From positions 2,720,001 to 2,784,000 of the forward strand of contig CAVYRF010000002.1 of the NCBI GenBank assembly GCA_963770895.1: a DNA stretch of 64,000 nucleotides. The letters run 5' to 3'. Of the stretch, positions 47,762-56,749 are shown piece by piece; within the stretch, counting starts at the first letter, position 1, and every line of letters starts with the position of its first letter. The translations under genes and the position numbers were made by a program. Source of the stretch: an uncultured Acidobacteriota bacterium (GTDB taxonomy: Bacteria; Acidobacteriota; Thermoanaerobaculia; Multivoradales; UBA5704). The notes below the pieces were generated by a model. It made no database searches, was not told the origin of the DNA, and saw nothing but the letters and a program-made list of their open reading frames with translations.

Positions 47762-48457
47762 ATGAAGCGTGCTGCAAAGCCCGTTTGGTGCTGCTGTCTG
47801 CTGGTTCTCAGTCTGCTGTCCGCGGCCGTCCCTGCCGCCGCGGCGTCGCCCGCGGCTCCGGTTGCGACCGATGCGCACCTGTCGATCGTGCCGATCGGCG
47901 TCGCCCGTACGTTCAAGCCCGGTACCATCGTCACGGTCGTGGGTTCGGCGACCGTCCCGTCGGGAATCTTCTCTTCCAGCTTTGGCGACGAAGGCTTCGC
48001 GATCCAGGACGCCACCGGCGGCATCTATGTCAGCATCGCCGACAACCTGAACATCAAGCTGCAGCAGCGCGTCGAGGTCACCGGCACGCTCACCGAAAGC
48101 TCGGGTCTGCTGACCCTGGTGCCCGCCGCCGACAGCGACGTGACCGTCGAAGGCCGCGGCTTCCGGGTGCGTCCGCGCTGGCTGCGCACCGGCAACGTCG
48201 GCCCCGCCAACCAGGGCCTGCTGGTCAACGTCGTCGGCATCATCACCCAGCCGATCGAGCCCGATCCGCCCTACGGCAACAAGATCTTCGTCTCCGACGG
48301 CTCCGGCCCGATCCGCATCTTCATCAACACCTCCGCCAACATCGACCTCACCGGCCTGGCCCCCGGCCAGATCCTGTCGGTCACCGGCTTCAGCAGCGCC
48401 TTCGACACCCCGGAAATCGACCCCCGCTTCCAGACCGACCTCCGCCAGCCGCACTAG
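47762..48457 (+). CDS. Secreted protein with two OB-fold-like repeats
   Basis: Signal peptide; repeated beta units (IQDATGGIYV..VEVTG and VSDGSGPIRIF..LSVTG); GGAG RBS. Confidence 0.72.
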   Translation: MKRAAKPVWCCCLLVLSLLSAAVPAAAASPAAPVATDAHLSIVPIGVARTFKPGTIVTVVGSATVPSGIFSSSFGDEGFAIQDATGGIYVSIADNLNIKLQQRVEVTGTLTESSGLLTLVPAADSDVTVEGRGFRVRPRWLRTGNVGPANQGLLVNVVGIITQPIEPDPPYGNKIFVSDGSGPIRIFINTSANIDLTGLAPGQILSVTGFSSAFDTPEIDPRFQTDLRQPH

Positions 48458-48742
48458 CCTCCGCCCTGGCGGCACCGCGGTGGCCCGCCTCGCAGCGGGC
48501 CGCCGGCCGCCCGCCGCCGCCCGCCATCGCCGCGGTCGGGGAAGCTCCCCCGCCCCCCAGCGGCCGGCCCAGGGTAGTGTCCCTATTTGTTTTCCGCACC
48601 CGGCGGATCGCCAGGCCGCCGCAGATCTGCTGTAGGTTCCCCCCTTAGAGGGGAGGGCCGCTCCTTCCCGGCACACACCAAACGGCCCCGGTGAAGGCCG
48701 AGAACCGACACCGGGACCTGACCCAGCAGGAGGTCTAGCCTC

Positions 48743-49114
48743 ATGCCGAGCTACGCCCATCTTAATCCGCCACGCTGGAAGGAATCTCGCTGTATCCGAG
48801 AAACGATGCTGCTCTACGTAGATGACCCTGCGGCCCGCAAGGCGCTCCGCAGAGTGGGCAGCCTCATCTACGACTGGGCCGTCGAGGCGACCGGGTTGCC
48901 GGACCCCGAGTCCTCGACCCGGAGGGAGCTGCGCGCCGCGGCCAAGGAGCTGCGGCACATCCAGGGCTACCTGGTGTCGATCGCTGAGGAGCCGGAGGCA
49001 TCGGTCCTGACCCGATCCGACACCGAGCTGGCCTACTTTGCCGGCGACTTGGCCGAGGACGTCCAGGCCCTCGGCCAGGCGATCGAGGACAAGCTGAAAG
49101 GGGACCGCCGATGA
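48743..49114 (+). CDS. Hypothetical protein (transposon cargo)
   Basis: AGGAGG RBS; ATGA overlap with the next gene; helical composition. Confidence 0.7.
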   Translation: MPSYAHLNPPRWKESRCIRETMLLYVDDPAARKALRRVGSLIYDWAVEATGLPDPESSTRRELRAAAKELRHIQGYLVSIAEEPEASVLTRSDTELAYFAGDLAEDVQALGQAIEDKLKGDRR

Positions 49115-49542
49115 GCCGTGCCCCAAGGACCACCGCCGACCTGGAGGAAGCCCGGCGGCTGGGTAAGGCGCTCCTCGCCCTGCGCATCTCGCAGTCGTTG
49201 ACACAGCGTCAGCTCGCAGAGGCGGCGGGCATACGGCAGTGGACGAAGATTGGCCTCATCGAGCGAGGGAAGCACTTCCCCCATCCCTGGACCCTGAAGC
49301 GGATTCTGGACGCGATGGACCTGGGTTTCGACGCTCTCTACCGGGCGCAGGCGTTTGTACTGAGCCCGCAGTGCGATGAGCTGGAGGGGATTGCCGGCGC
49401 AGTATTCGAACCCGAGGCCGGCCGCCAGGCAGCCCTGAAGCTCGCCCAAGATGTGGGCAGGGCGGTGGCCGGCTGCTGCCTGGCCTTCGTGGAGATGGGT
49501 TTCCCTGGGCGGGCAGCCGTCACCCCGAGGGTTCGGTCATGA
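49111..49542 (+). CDS. XRE-family HTH protein
   Basis: LRISQSLTQRQLAEAAGI..IGLIERGKHFP..TLKRIL. Confidence 0.82.
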   Translation: MSRAPRTTADLEEARRLGKALLALRISQSLTQRQLAEAAGIRQWTKIGLIERGKHFPHPWTLKRILDAMDLGFDALYRAQAFVLSPQCDELEGIAGAVFEPEAGRQAALKLAQDVGRAVAGCCLAFVEMGFPGRAAVTPRVRS

Positions 49543-49784
49543 CCGGCTCCGAGCGGATCGCCCGCCAGGTCGGGCGCGCCCTCCGACGGGTCCGCCACAA
49601 GCGGAGCTGCCGTCAGGGCCAGCTCGCCGCGGCGGCCGGCGTCAGCCGCTCCCAGCTCGCCCGCTACGAGCGGGGCCAGGAGCAGCTCAGCGCCGCCGCC
49701 CTGGCGGCGCTCCTGACGGCTCTCGGTTGCACCGCAGATGAGTACGGCTGCCACCTGGGACCATGGGGCATCCTCCCCGCCTGA
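49539..49784 (+). CDS. XRE-family HTH protein
   Basis: LRRVR..QGQLAAAAGVSRSQLARYERG; ATGA overlap with the previous gene. Confidence 0.78.
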   Translation: MTGSERIARQVGRALRRVRHKRSCRQGQLAAAAGVSRSQLARYERGQEQLSAAALAALLTALGCTADEYGCHLGPWGILPA

Positions 49785-49960
49785 AGGTCACCACGTTCAC
49801 CGTCCGGGCCAGCCAGGAGCAGGCCCGGCGGTGGGCGCTCGTCGCGAAGTGGCTGAAGTGCCGCTCCGTGTCCGCGTGGTTGGAAGAGATGGCCGACGAG
49901 CAGTGCAGGCGGCTCGAAGGGACGGCGGCCGACGCTGCCCGGAGGGATGGTAGGATATGA
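49763..49960 (+). CDS. Small putative ribbon-helix-helix protein
   Basis: Beta-strand TTFTVRA followed by two helices (..SVSAWL..). Confidence 0.45.
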   Translation: MGHPPRLKVTTFTVRASQEQARRWALVAKWLKCRSVSAWLEEMADEQCRRLEGTAADAARRDGRI

Positions 49961-50192
49961 GCATGCCGTCGCGAATACTGCGCATGCCGAATCCTCACGG
50001 CTCTGCCTATCCGGAGTATCGAATCTCTAGGCTCGATATCCCAGGCGATACAAGCTTTGCTAGTCCCGGCAGCCTCCACACGCGGGCACTGACAAAGGGG
50101 GCCAGTGTCTCGGCACTTGAGGGCCTCGAAGAGCGCGCAGCTGCTCTGAATGTCGGCGAGTGGTTCGACACCGAGGACGAGAGTTCCTGAGC

Positions 50193-50435
50193 ATGCCTAA
50201 GCGCCCGCGCAGACCGCGAGATCCGTTCCAATTGGCGCACCAGATGGTCCGGGAGGTCATCGGAGAGGCACCCCGGCAGGTCCCGCCTACTCCCGACGAC
50301 AGTCCGGCCGGGGTCGCCAAGCGCAAGGGAGCGAGCCAGGGCGGTGAGAAGAGGGCGAAGCGACTCACGCCCGAGCGCCGCCGAGAGATCGCCCAGAAGG
50401 CAGCCGCGAGTCGATGGAACAGGCGTCCCGGGTGA
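50193..50435 (+). CDS. Small basic protein with a GG..RA..LTPERRREIA motif
   Basis: MPKRPRRPRDPFQLAHQMV...GGEKRAKRLTPERRREIAQKAAASRW, a motif I recognise from small proteins found near IS1-like transposases. Confidence 0.75.
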   Translation: MPKRPRRPRDPFQLAHQMVREVIGEAPRQVPPTPDDSPAGVAKRKGASQGGEKRAKRLTPERRREIAQKAAASRWNRRPG

Positions 50436-50472
50436 TGGTACGGCGCGGGGAATGGCGCGCCGCCGGGGTGCT

Positions 50473-51063
50473 TTACCTTCGGGAGCCCTGCGGTCGCGGC
50501 CGGTAGTCACGCGGATCTATGCAGCCGTCGTACAGCGCGCGGTCAATTCGCAGCCAGTCGGTGCCATTGATGCCGCGCGTGTTAGTGGCGATAGAGCTAA
50601 CGGGAAAGGCCGACGCCATCTTCACCCATCTCCCCTGCTGCCTGGAGATCTTTCGTACCTCTTCAGCAACCTCCCCCAAATCCTGATCCTGACTAAACAC
50701 CAACGTCACGTCGCAGCGCCGCTCAAGGACGGAGCTGACGACATCGAGAGCGATGCGGACGTCTATCCCCTTCTCCTTGCCGTGGCGGAGAGGCCGCGTG
50801 AAGGTGTAGGCGCCGCGCCGGCCGAGCTGCGCTAGCTTCGCGTTCCAAAACTGGGTGCGGGGGTCACCCGCATCTGGGGCCGGGATGCCTGTGTAAAACC
50901 GTACCTGCTGAAGGGTCCAGGAGCGCTGCCTACAAAGAGCTGCGGCGAGGCAAATAGGGTCGTAGTTCGGGAACCTGTACTCGAAAGCCTCTTTCGCTGC
51001 GTTAAAGAGGTTTTGACCGTCGAAGAAGGCAACAGTCCGCTTGGTCAGGGGCTCGGTAGGCAT
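50473..51063 (-). CDS. NYN (LabA/DUF88, PIN-like) domain nuclease
   Basis: FFDGQNL, EKGIDVRIALD and SQDQD catalytic acidic motifs. Confidence 0.9.
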   Translation of the reverse strand: MPTEPLTKRTVAFFDGQNLFNAAKEAFEYRFPNYDPICLAAALCRQRSWTLQQVRFYTGIPAPDAGDPRTQFWNAKLAQLGRRGAYTFTRPLRHGKEKGIDVRIALDVVSSVLERRCDVTLVFSQDQDLGEVAEEVRKISRQQGRWVKMASAFPVSSIATNTRGINGTDWLRIDRALYDGCIDPRDYRPRPQGSRR

Positions 51064-51077
51064 TAGACAACGTCCCC

Positions 51078-51166
51078 AAAACACAAAACCCCGTCCGAGG
51101 CCTTGCGGCGTGTCGGGCGGGGAGCAATTCCTTCGTAGTTTGCCACGGCTTTAGCTCCTTCGTCAA
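51078..51166 (-). promoter_or_regulatory. Promoter and structured terminator-like leader of the NYN gene
   Basis: TTGACG-N18-CAAACT with an upstream TG, then a CCCCGCCCGA...UCGGACGGGG stem with an inner GCC-GCAA-GGC loop and a UUUUGUGUUUU tail. Confidence 0.6.
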
Positions 51167-51314
51167 ACTCCATACAGGCTCCCCGTCGAGCCGGAGGTTT
51201 AGGCCAAGCTGAAAGAGGCGCGCCCCCTTGGGCGCCTCAGATAGTACGCCAATAGCCGCGTCTGACGCAAGAGTTGCATCAGTGTCACTGACGACGCATT
51301 CGTCGCCTCAGTCA

Positions 51315-51343
51315 TTGACACGTCACTCGCGGCCAGGTAGACT
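51315..51343 (+). promoter_or_regulatory. sigma70-type promoter
   Basis: TTGACA-N17-TAGACT upstream of the ORF at 51385. Confidence 0.65.
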
Positions 51344-51384
51344 CTCCTGTGCTGGCTCTCTGAGCACAGATAGGAGGTCGGGCA

Positions 51385-51927
51385 ATGTCTGAGGTCGTAG
51401 AGAAGATCAAGGCTGACCTGGCATTCTGGCAGGACGCAATGGCGAAGGCCCGAGAGACCCTGACGGCCGGCGAGAGCATCGTGCCGGGCTTGCTGGAGTC
51501 CCTCGCGAAGCTGAATGGTCACCCGCCTACAGGGGACCAGCTCACAGAGCCAGCGCAGCCGGCTATGCCGTCACCGACAGAAACTACCGCAGCCGAACCG
51601 CCGGCAACAGCGCCCGCAACACCGCCAGAAACCGCGCGCCGTCGGCGCACCTGTGTCGAGGAGGTCGAAGCGGAACTGTTGAGAAACGCGCCGCTAAGTT
51701 CACATGACCTAGAGATGATCCTGGCAGCCAATGGCACTCCGTACGGCCCCGGAGCGGTCGGTTACGCGCTTCGCGATCTGATGAGAGCTGGCCTCGTCGA
51801 AAGGGTCGAAAAGCGAGGCAACCTCTGGTTCTATCGGCACGCAATAGTGCCAAAGGAGGTGGTGACTGACGCCCTTAGTCGCCATGTCCCCGCGCACGCC
51901 GTCCAAGTGATCCGGGGGAGCAGGTAA
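51385..51927 (+). CDS. Hypothetical protein with an N-terminal helix and C-terminal winged HTH
   Basis: AGGAGG RBS; Pro-rich linker; AVGYALRDLMRAGLVERV wHTH-like pattern. Confidence 0.7.
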   Translation: MSEVVEKIKADLAFWQDAMAKARETLTAGESIVPGLLESLAKLNGHPPTGDQLTEPAQPAMPSPTETTAAEPPATAPATPPETARRRRTCVEEVEAELLRNAPLSSHDLEMILAANGTPYGPGAVGYALRDLMRAGLVERVEKRGNLWFYRHAIVPKEVVTDALSRHVPAHAVQVIRGSR

Positions 51928-51989
51928 ATCCTGCCCAGTTTCTTCCTGGCTAGGGCCGACCTGGGGCGGGGGGTGGACTGAGGTGCATC

Positions 51990-52027
51990 GCCTGGCTGCC
52001 TTTCGCGAGAAGGCGGCCGGGCTTTTT
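51990..52027 (+). terminator. Intrinsic terminator upstream of the transposase
   Basis: gcctggctgcctt...aaggcggccgggc stem followed by TTTTT. Confidence 0.75.
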
Positions 52028-52074
52028 GTTTCTTGCACAGATCGGCATAGCCTGTCAATTCTAACTTGTAACCA

Positions 52075-52103
52075 TTGACTTTACACCACATGGCAAGCAT
52101 AAT
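52075..52103 (+). promoter_or_regulatory. Transposase promoter
   Basis: TTGACT-N17-CATAAT, with the ATG 7 nt downstream. Confidence 0.7.
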
Positions 52104-52110
52104 GTCTAGT

Positions 52111-52974
52111 ATGGCAAACGTGCTCAGCACCGCGAAGCGGGTCGCCATCATCTCCGCCCTTGTGGAGGGAGTCAGCGTTCGGGCCACAGCCCGCATGTTC
52201 GACGTGTCCAAAGACACCGTGATGAAGCTCGGTGTAGACCTGGGCGAGGCGTGCGCCCGCTACCAGGACGAGACGCTGCGGAACCTGATCTGCAAGCGCC
52301 TGGAGGTAGACGAGCTGTGGGCGTTCGTGTACGCCAAGGCCAAGAACGTGCCGGCCGAACGGGCGGGCGAGTTTGGCTGCGGCGACGTGTGGACGTTCAC
52401 CGCCATTGATGCCGATACGAAGCTGATGCCGTCCTTCCTGGTCGGGACTCGGGACGCTGGCTGTGCGACCGAGTTCATGCAAGACCTGGCCTCGCGCCTG
52501 GTCAACCGGGTCCAGCTCACGACGGACGGCCATAAAATGTACCTCTCGGCCGTCGAGGAAGGCTTTCAGGGCCAGGTGGACTTTGCGCAGCTGGTCAAGA
52601 TCTACGGCGCCGCTCCCGAGGGCGAGAAGCGCTATAGCCCGGCCGAGTGCATCGGGTGCGAGCGCATCGGCGTCACCGGCAACCCGGACCCTAAGCTGAT
52701 CTCGACGTCCTACGTGGAGCGGGCCAACCTGACTATCCGCATGAGCGTCCGGCGCTTCACGCGCCTGACCAACGCCTTTTCAAAGAAGCTGCGGAACCAT
52801 ACGGCGGCCTTCGGGCTCTTTAGCGCCCACTACAACTTCTGCCGCATCCACAGGACGCTGCGCTGCACCCCTGCCATGGCGGCTGGGGTGACTCCGCGGC
52901 TGTGGTCGATCGAGGATTTGGTGGGGTTGCTTCCGGCCGTCCCGCACGTCGGCGGCCGACCCAAGAAGAACTAA
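52111..52974 (+). CDS. IS1-family DDE transposase
   Basis: N-terminal HTH (EGVSVRATARM), VDELWAFV, WTFTAID, TTDG, STSYVERANLTIR..RRFTRLTNAFSKK. Confidence 0.92.
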   Translation: MANVLSTAKRVAIISALVEGVSVRATARMFDVSKDTVMKLGVDLGEACARYQDETLRNLICKRLEVDELWAFVYAKAKNVPAERAGEFGCGDVWTFTAIDADTKLMPSFLVGTRDAGCATEFMQDLASRLVNRVQLTTDGHKMYLSAVEEGFQGQVDFAQLVKIYGAAPEGEKRYSPAECIGCERIGVTGNPDPKLISTSYVERANLTIRMSVRRFTRLTNAFSKKLRNHTAAFGLFSAHYNFCRIHRTLRCTPAMAAGVTPRLWSIEDLVGLLPAVPHVGGRPKKN

Positions 52975-53077
52975 GTGGGACTACCCGGCCCAGCGCGCCT
53001 TGGGCGAAGCCGCCTGCTCCGTGCTACGCTCTCGCAGTTCAAGCTCCGGCAGGCGAACCGTTCCCACCAAGCCCGAC

Positions 53078-53613
53078 ATGTCGTTGCCGCCCGACCGCGT
53101 CGCAGAGGTCATCGCCCGGCTGCGCGACCTCATACCGCAGCGCTTCGGCGTGGCGGTAAACCTGGTCGACGTGCCGCCGCCGTTTCTAGGCGATCTGGAC
53201 GGCGCCGAAATCTACATCCAACGCGACGAACCGGGCGAAGCCCTGCTCTTCACCCTGGCCCACCTCTTCGGCCACACCGTGCAATGGAACACCAGCGAGC
53301 GCCTCCGCACCCTGGGCGGCCGCAAGGACACCGAGTACACCGCCGCCGAGATGCAGGAGGTCGAAGACTACGAGCGCGACGCCTCCCGCTACGGTCTTCA
53401 GCTCCTGCACGAAGCCGGCGTCCACGACCTGGACCAGTGGCTGACCGACTTCGCCGCCTGCGACTTCGCCTACCTGAAGCACTTCTATCAGACCGGCGAA
53501 CGCCATTCCCCGCTGGACTTCTGGCGCGACAACCAGCCCCTCTTCGACCCGCGCCCCATCCCCCCTTCACCCCCACCCGCCACAAGCTCCGCTGGCAAGG
53601 CGTCGTCGTCTAA
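53078..53613 (+). CDS. Hypothetical protein with an HxxxH motif; probable frameshift in a C6 run near the 3' end
   Basis: MSLPPDRVAEV...LAHLFGHTVQW. As sequenced the ORF reads to 53707, overlapping the convergent AAA gene. One extra C at 53560-53565 would give ...IPPFTPTRHKLRWQGVVV* ending at 53613. Confidence 0.6.
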
Positions 53614-53620
53614 CCCATCA

Positions 53621-55618
53621 CTAGCGGCGGTTGCCGATGGTGGCGCGGAGGAGGCGGAGGCGGGTATCCAGCTGGTCGGGGGTGAGGTTGGCGTATTTGG
53701 GGGGTAACAGGCGGCGGCTGCTGGATTCGAAGACGGCCAGCAGCTCCATGTAGTCCAGGAGCTCGGTGTCGCGGCTGGGGAAGTAGTCGGCGGCGGCGGC
53801 TGTGAAGTGGTCGGCGGTGACCGGCGGATCGGCTTCTGGCGGGGGCGGCGGGGCGGGGCGGCCGGATGGGACGGGGCAATCCGGCGCGGTGGGACCGGCT
53901 TCGCCGGCGCCGCTTGCGTTGCCTGCGTCGTTGGCGTCGTTGGCGTCGTTGGCGTCACTGGCGGCGCGGGCGGCGTTGTCGTTGGCCAGGAGGATGACGG
54001 CTTCGACGTCGGCGTTGCTCCAGCCGACCATGCGGCGGGAGAAGGCTTCGCGGATGGTGGCGAAGTCGACGTCGGTGTGGATGTGATTCTTGCGCACGAC
54101 GGCGCGGGCGACGGCTTCGACTTCCTCGGGGGTCTGCGAATAGAGGAAGGGGATCTTGCGGTCGAGGCGGCCGGCGCGCTTCAGGTCGACGTCCAGCTTG
54201 TCGGGGCGGTTGGTCATCACCAGGAAGAGGATGCGCCCGCGATTGGTGGTGTCGGACATGAACTCCTTGATGCGCGCGATGACGCGCGAGGAGGTGCCGC
54301 CGTCGCCGTCGCCGTCGGAGGAACCGAAGGCGCGGTCGCCTTCGTCGATGATGACGATGACCTGGCCGATGGCCTGGATGACGGTGAGAATCTTTTCCAG
54401 GTTGCCTTCGGTCGCGCCGACCCACTTGGAGCGGAAGTTTTTCAGCTTGATGGCGGCCAGCCCGCACTCCTTGGCGAAGGCTTCGGCGACGAAGGTCTTG
54501 CCGGTGCCCATGGGGCCGGTGAAGAGCATGCCCATGGGCACGCGGCTGAGGCGCCCTTCGCGCATGTTGCGCGCGACCAGGGCCAGCTCGCGCTTGACCT
54601 CGTCCATGCCGCCGACCGCTTCGAATCCGTGCTCGGGCCGCACCAGCTCGACCAGGCCGTAGCACTCCCGCGCCAGGATCTCGCGCTTGCGGGCGACGAT
54701 GAGCCGCGCCGCTTCGGCGTGCATGCGCTCGCCCGCGTCGGCGGTGGACGCTCCCGCGGCCCCCGTCGCCGCCCCGGCGCCGGCCGCCGTGGCCGCCGCG
54801 CCCTTCGGCGCGAGCAGGGCGCGGATTTCGTCGCGGTCCAGGCCGGCGGTCAGCGCGGCGAGCTTGGCGGCCCGCGCCGCGGCGTCGGCGCCGCCGCCGA
54901 GCAGACCGGTGATGAAGGCGCGGCGCTCGTCGTCGTCGGCGACGGCGGGGGAGGGGGGCGCCAGGATCGAAGCCAGCTGCAGGGCTTTGAGGCCGCCGGT
55001 CAGGGCGGCGTAGCGCGCGGCTTCGGCTTCGTCCAGGGCGGGGTCGGCGAGCTGGGCGACCGCCATCCGGGTGGCCTGATCGGGCATCGGGATCTCTACC
55101 ACCGCGACCTTGGGGTTGGCGACCAGCTTGGGGGCCAGGTCGGTCAGGTTCTCCGCCACCAGCAGCACCACGTTGTCGCCCTTCTCGATCTCGGGCAGGA
55201 AGCTCCAGCGGTGCAGGGTCACCACCGCGGCGCGATCGGCATCGGTCTGGAATGCCGGGTCGCCCGCCGGCGCCAGGTTTTCGGCGTATTCCAGGACGAC
55301 GGCGATGCGGGTGCCGCCGGTGAGCAGCTTTTCGAGGCCCGCCAGGGTCTCTTCCTTGGCGCCGCGCTGCGCCAGCTCGGCCGGAACGTCCAGGCCCGGC
55401 GCGCGCTTGCGGAAGCGGACGCCGGTCGCCAGGTTGTAAAGGACGATCGTCTCCTTGTTGTCGCCCAGAAGCGGCCCGGCCAGGAAGTCGGCGAGCGGCA
55501 GCATGGTCTTGCGGTGCACCACCAGGTCGAAGACGTTGCCGTGCAGCACGAACATCGAGGCCTCACCGCGCAGATAGCGCGCGCGCAGGTCGTCGGCCCA
55601 GGCGGGAAGGAAGCTCAT
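53621..55618 (-). CDS. Classical-clade AAA+ ATPase (CDC48/Vps4-like) with a degenerate N-terminal AAA domain
   Basis: ATG overlaps the upstream stop. Walker A GPMGTGKT, pore loop SKWVG, Walker B IIIDE, sensor-1 TNRPD, Arg fingers KRAGRLD. Confidence 0.9.
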   Translation of the reverse strand: MSFLPAWADDLRARYLRGEASMFVLHGNVFDLVVHRKTMLPLADFLAGPLLGDNKETIVLYNLATGVRFRKRAPGLDVPAELAQRGAKEETLAGLEKLLTGGTRIAVVLEYAENLAPAGDPAFQTDADRAAVVTLHRWSFLPEIEKGDNVVLLVAENLTDLAPKLVANPKVAVVEIPMPDQATRMAVAQLADPALDEAEAARYAALTGGLKALQLASILAPPSPAVADDDERRAFITGLLGGGADAAARAAKLAALTAGLDRDEIRALLAPKGAAATAAGAGAATGAAGASTADAGERMHAEAARLIVARKREILARECYGLVELVRPEHGFEAVGGMDEVKRELALVARNMREGRLSRVPMGMLFTGPMGTGKTFVAEAFAKECGLAAIKLKNFRSKWVGATEGNLEKILTVIQAIGQVIVIIDEGDRAFGSSDGDGDGGTSSRVIARIKEFMSDTTNRGRILFLVMTNRPDKLDVDLKRAGRLDRKIPFLYSQTPEEVEAVARAVVRKNHIHTDVDFATIREAFSRRMVGWSNADVEAVILLANDNAARAASDANDANDANDAGNASGAGEAGPTAPDCPVPSGRPAPPPPPEADPPVTADHFTAAAADYFPSRDTELLDYMELLAVFESSSRRLLPPKYANLTPDQLDTRLRLLRATIGNRR
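53925..53957 (-). repeat. 9-bp coding tandem repeat (DAN units)
   Basis: gcgtcgttg x3 plus a partial unit inside the AAA ATPase. Confidence 0.75.
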
Positions 55619-56661
55619 AGCGTGCGCTCGAGCCCGCCCAGCAGCTGCTCGGTTTCGCGGCTGGTTTCGCGCACCGCTTCGACGCCGTCGAGCAGGTCGT
55701 CGAGCTGGCCCGACAGCTCTTGCGGCGACTGCATGGTGACGATCTGGTCGGCGATCAGCTGGAAGGAGTTTTCGATCAGGTCGAGCTGGCCTTTGGCGAC
55801 CGTCAGGTAGCGGCGGATCTCCTGCTGCTTTTCCACCCGCTTGGTGACCACCGCCAGGTTGCGCTTGGCGATGCCGGCGGCGGCGGTGTCGTCGCCGGCA
55901 TCTTCCGCCGCCTGCTGGTAGCGGCGCCGCTCGCGTTCCAGCCCCGCCGGGTCGGCGCTCTGGAGGTACGCTTCGTAGCGGGCGCACGTCCTGGCCATCT
56001 CGACGAATGCGTCCACCAGGCGGTCGGTCTTGACCAGCTCGCTCTGCATGAGGTCGCCGGCGAAGGTGGGGTTTTCCGCCGCCAGGCGGCGGATCTCGGC
56101 CTGGCGGGCGGCGAGCGCGTTGACCCGGTCGAGCGCTTCGTCGGGCAGGCCCGCCAGCCGGCGCGCGCGGTCCTGCGCGTCCAGCATCTCCTTGAGCCGC
56201 GCGAAGCGCGGGTCCCACAGGATGTGGCGCAGGCGCTTGCTGTCGGGAGCGAACAGCAGCCACAGCGCCTCGAACCCCAACGTCCCCAGCGCCAGCAGCG
56301 GGTTGGCCGTCAGCAGCGCCGCCGCCAGCCCGCCGCCGACCAGCGACAGGTTGAAGGGGTTGGCAAAGGCCATCTTGAAATACGACGGCGTTGCGCCGCG
56401 GTCGCGGTCGCCGTAGACCGCCCCGCGCTCGGCGCCGGCCGGGGGGCGATAGTCGTCGCGGATCTCGGCCGCGGCGGCGGGCTGCCGGCGCTGCGCCAGC
56501 GGCTGCGCCGCCGTCATCGGTGCCCGCCCAGGCTGCTGCTGCTGAGGCTGGGGCGGCGCCGGCGCGAACGGAGCGCGTCCCACCGCCGGTGCCATGGGCG
56601 TGCCGGCCGTGCCGGCCGGACGCGGCGCCGCCGTCGCGGGCGCCTGCCGCTGCTGCGGCAC
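55615..56661 (-). CDS. Membrane-anchored coiled-coil protein
   Basis: Hydrophobic hairpin (NLSLVGGGLAAALL..LWLLF) followed by long heptad helices; coupled to the AAA gene. Start uncertain (56661, 56595 or 56517). Confidence 0.75.
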   Translation of the reverse strand: MPQQRQAPATAAPRPAGTAGTPMAPAVGRAPFAPAPPQPQQQQPGRAPMTAAQPLAQRRQPAAAAEIRDDYRPPAGAERGAVYGDRDRGATPSYFKMAFANPFNLSLVGGGLAAALLTANPLLALGTLGFEALWLLFAPDSKRLRHILWDPRFARLKEMLDAQDRARRLAGLPDEALDRVNALAARQAEIRRLAAENPTFAGDLMQSELVKTDRLVDAFVEMARTCARYEAYLQSADPAGLERERRRYQQAAEDAGDDTAAAGIAKRNLAVVTKRVEKQQEIRRYLTVAKGQLDLIENSFQLIADQIVTMQSPQELSGQLDDLLDGVEAVRETSRETEQLLGGLERTL

Positions 56662-56749
56662 GGCATGGGGCTGTTCCTTTTGGCTGCTATCCACGGCAAG
56701 GGTTCCACCGCCCGCGCTGGCCGGGTCCGTAACGGCACCCGCCTGCCGG

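Larger units (their letters stand above)
48573..52985 (+). mobile_element. IS1-family transposon with passenger genes (4413 bp)
   Basis: Ends GGTAGT.../...ACTACC; perfect 8-bp target duplication CGGCCCAG at 48565-48572 and 52986-52993; IS1-type DDE transposase at the right end; interior visibly more AT-rich than the flanks. Confidence 0.9.

Noticed and set aside
49957-50190. 77-aa ORF within the transposon
   Set aside because: No recognisable motif and atypical codon usage; cannot be supported as a CDS.
48743-51927. Prophage remnant suggested by clustered XRE regulators
   Set aside because: No integrase or structural genes; the terminal repeats and 8-bp target duplication explain the segment as an IS1-type transposon.
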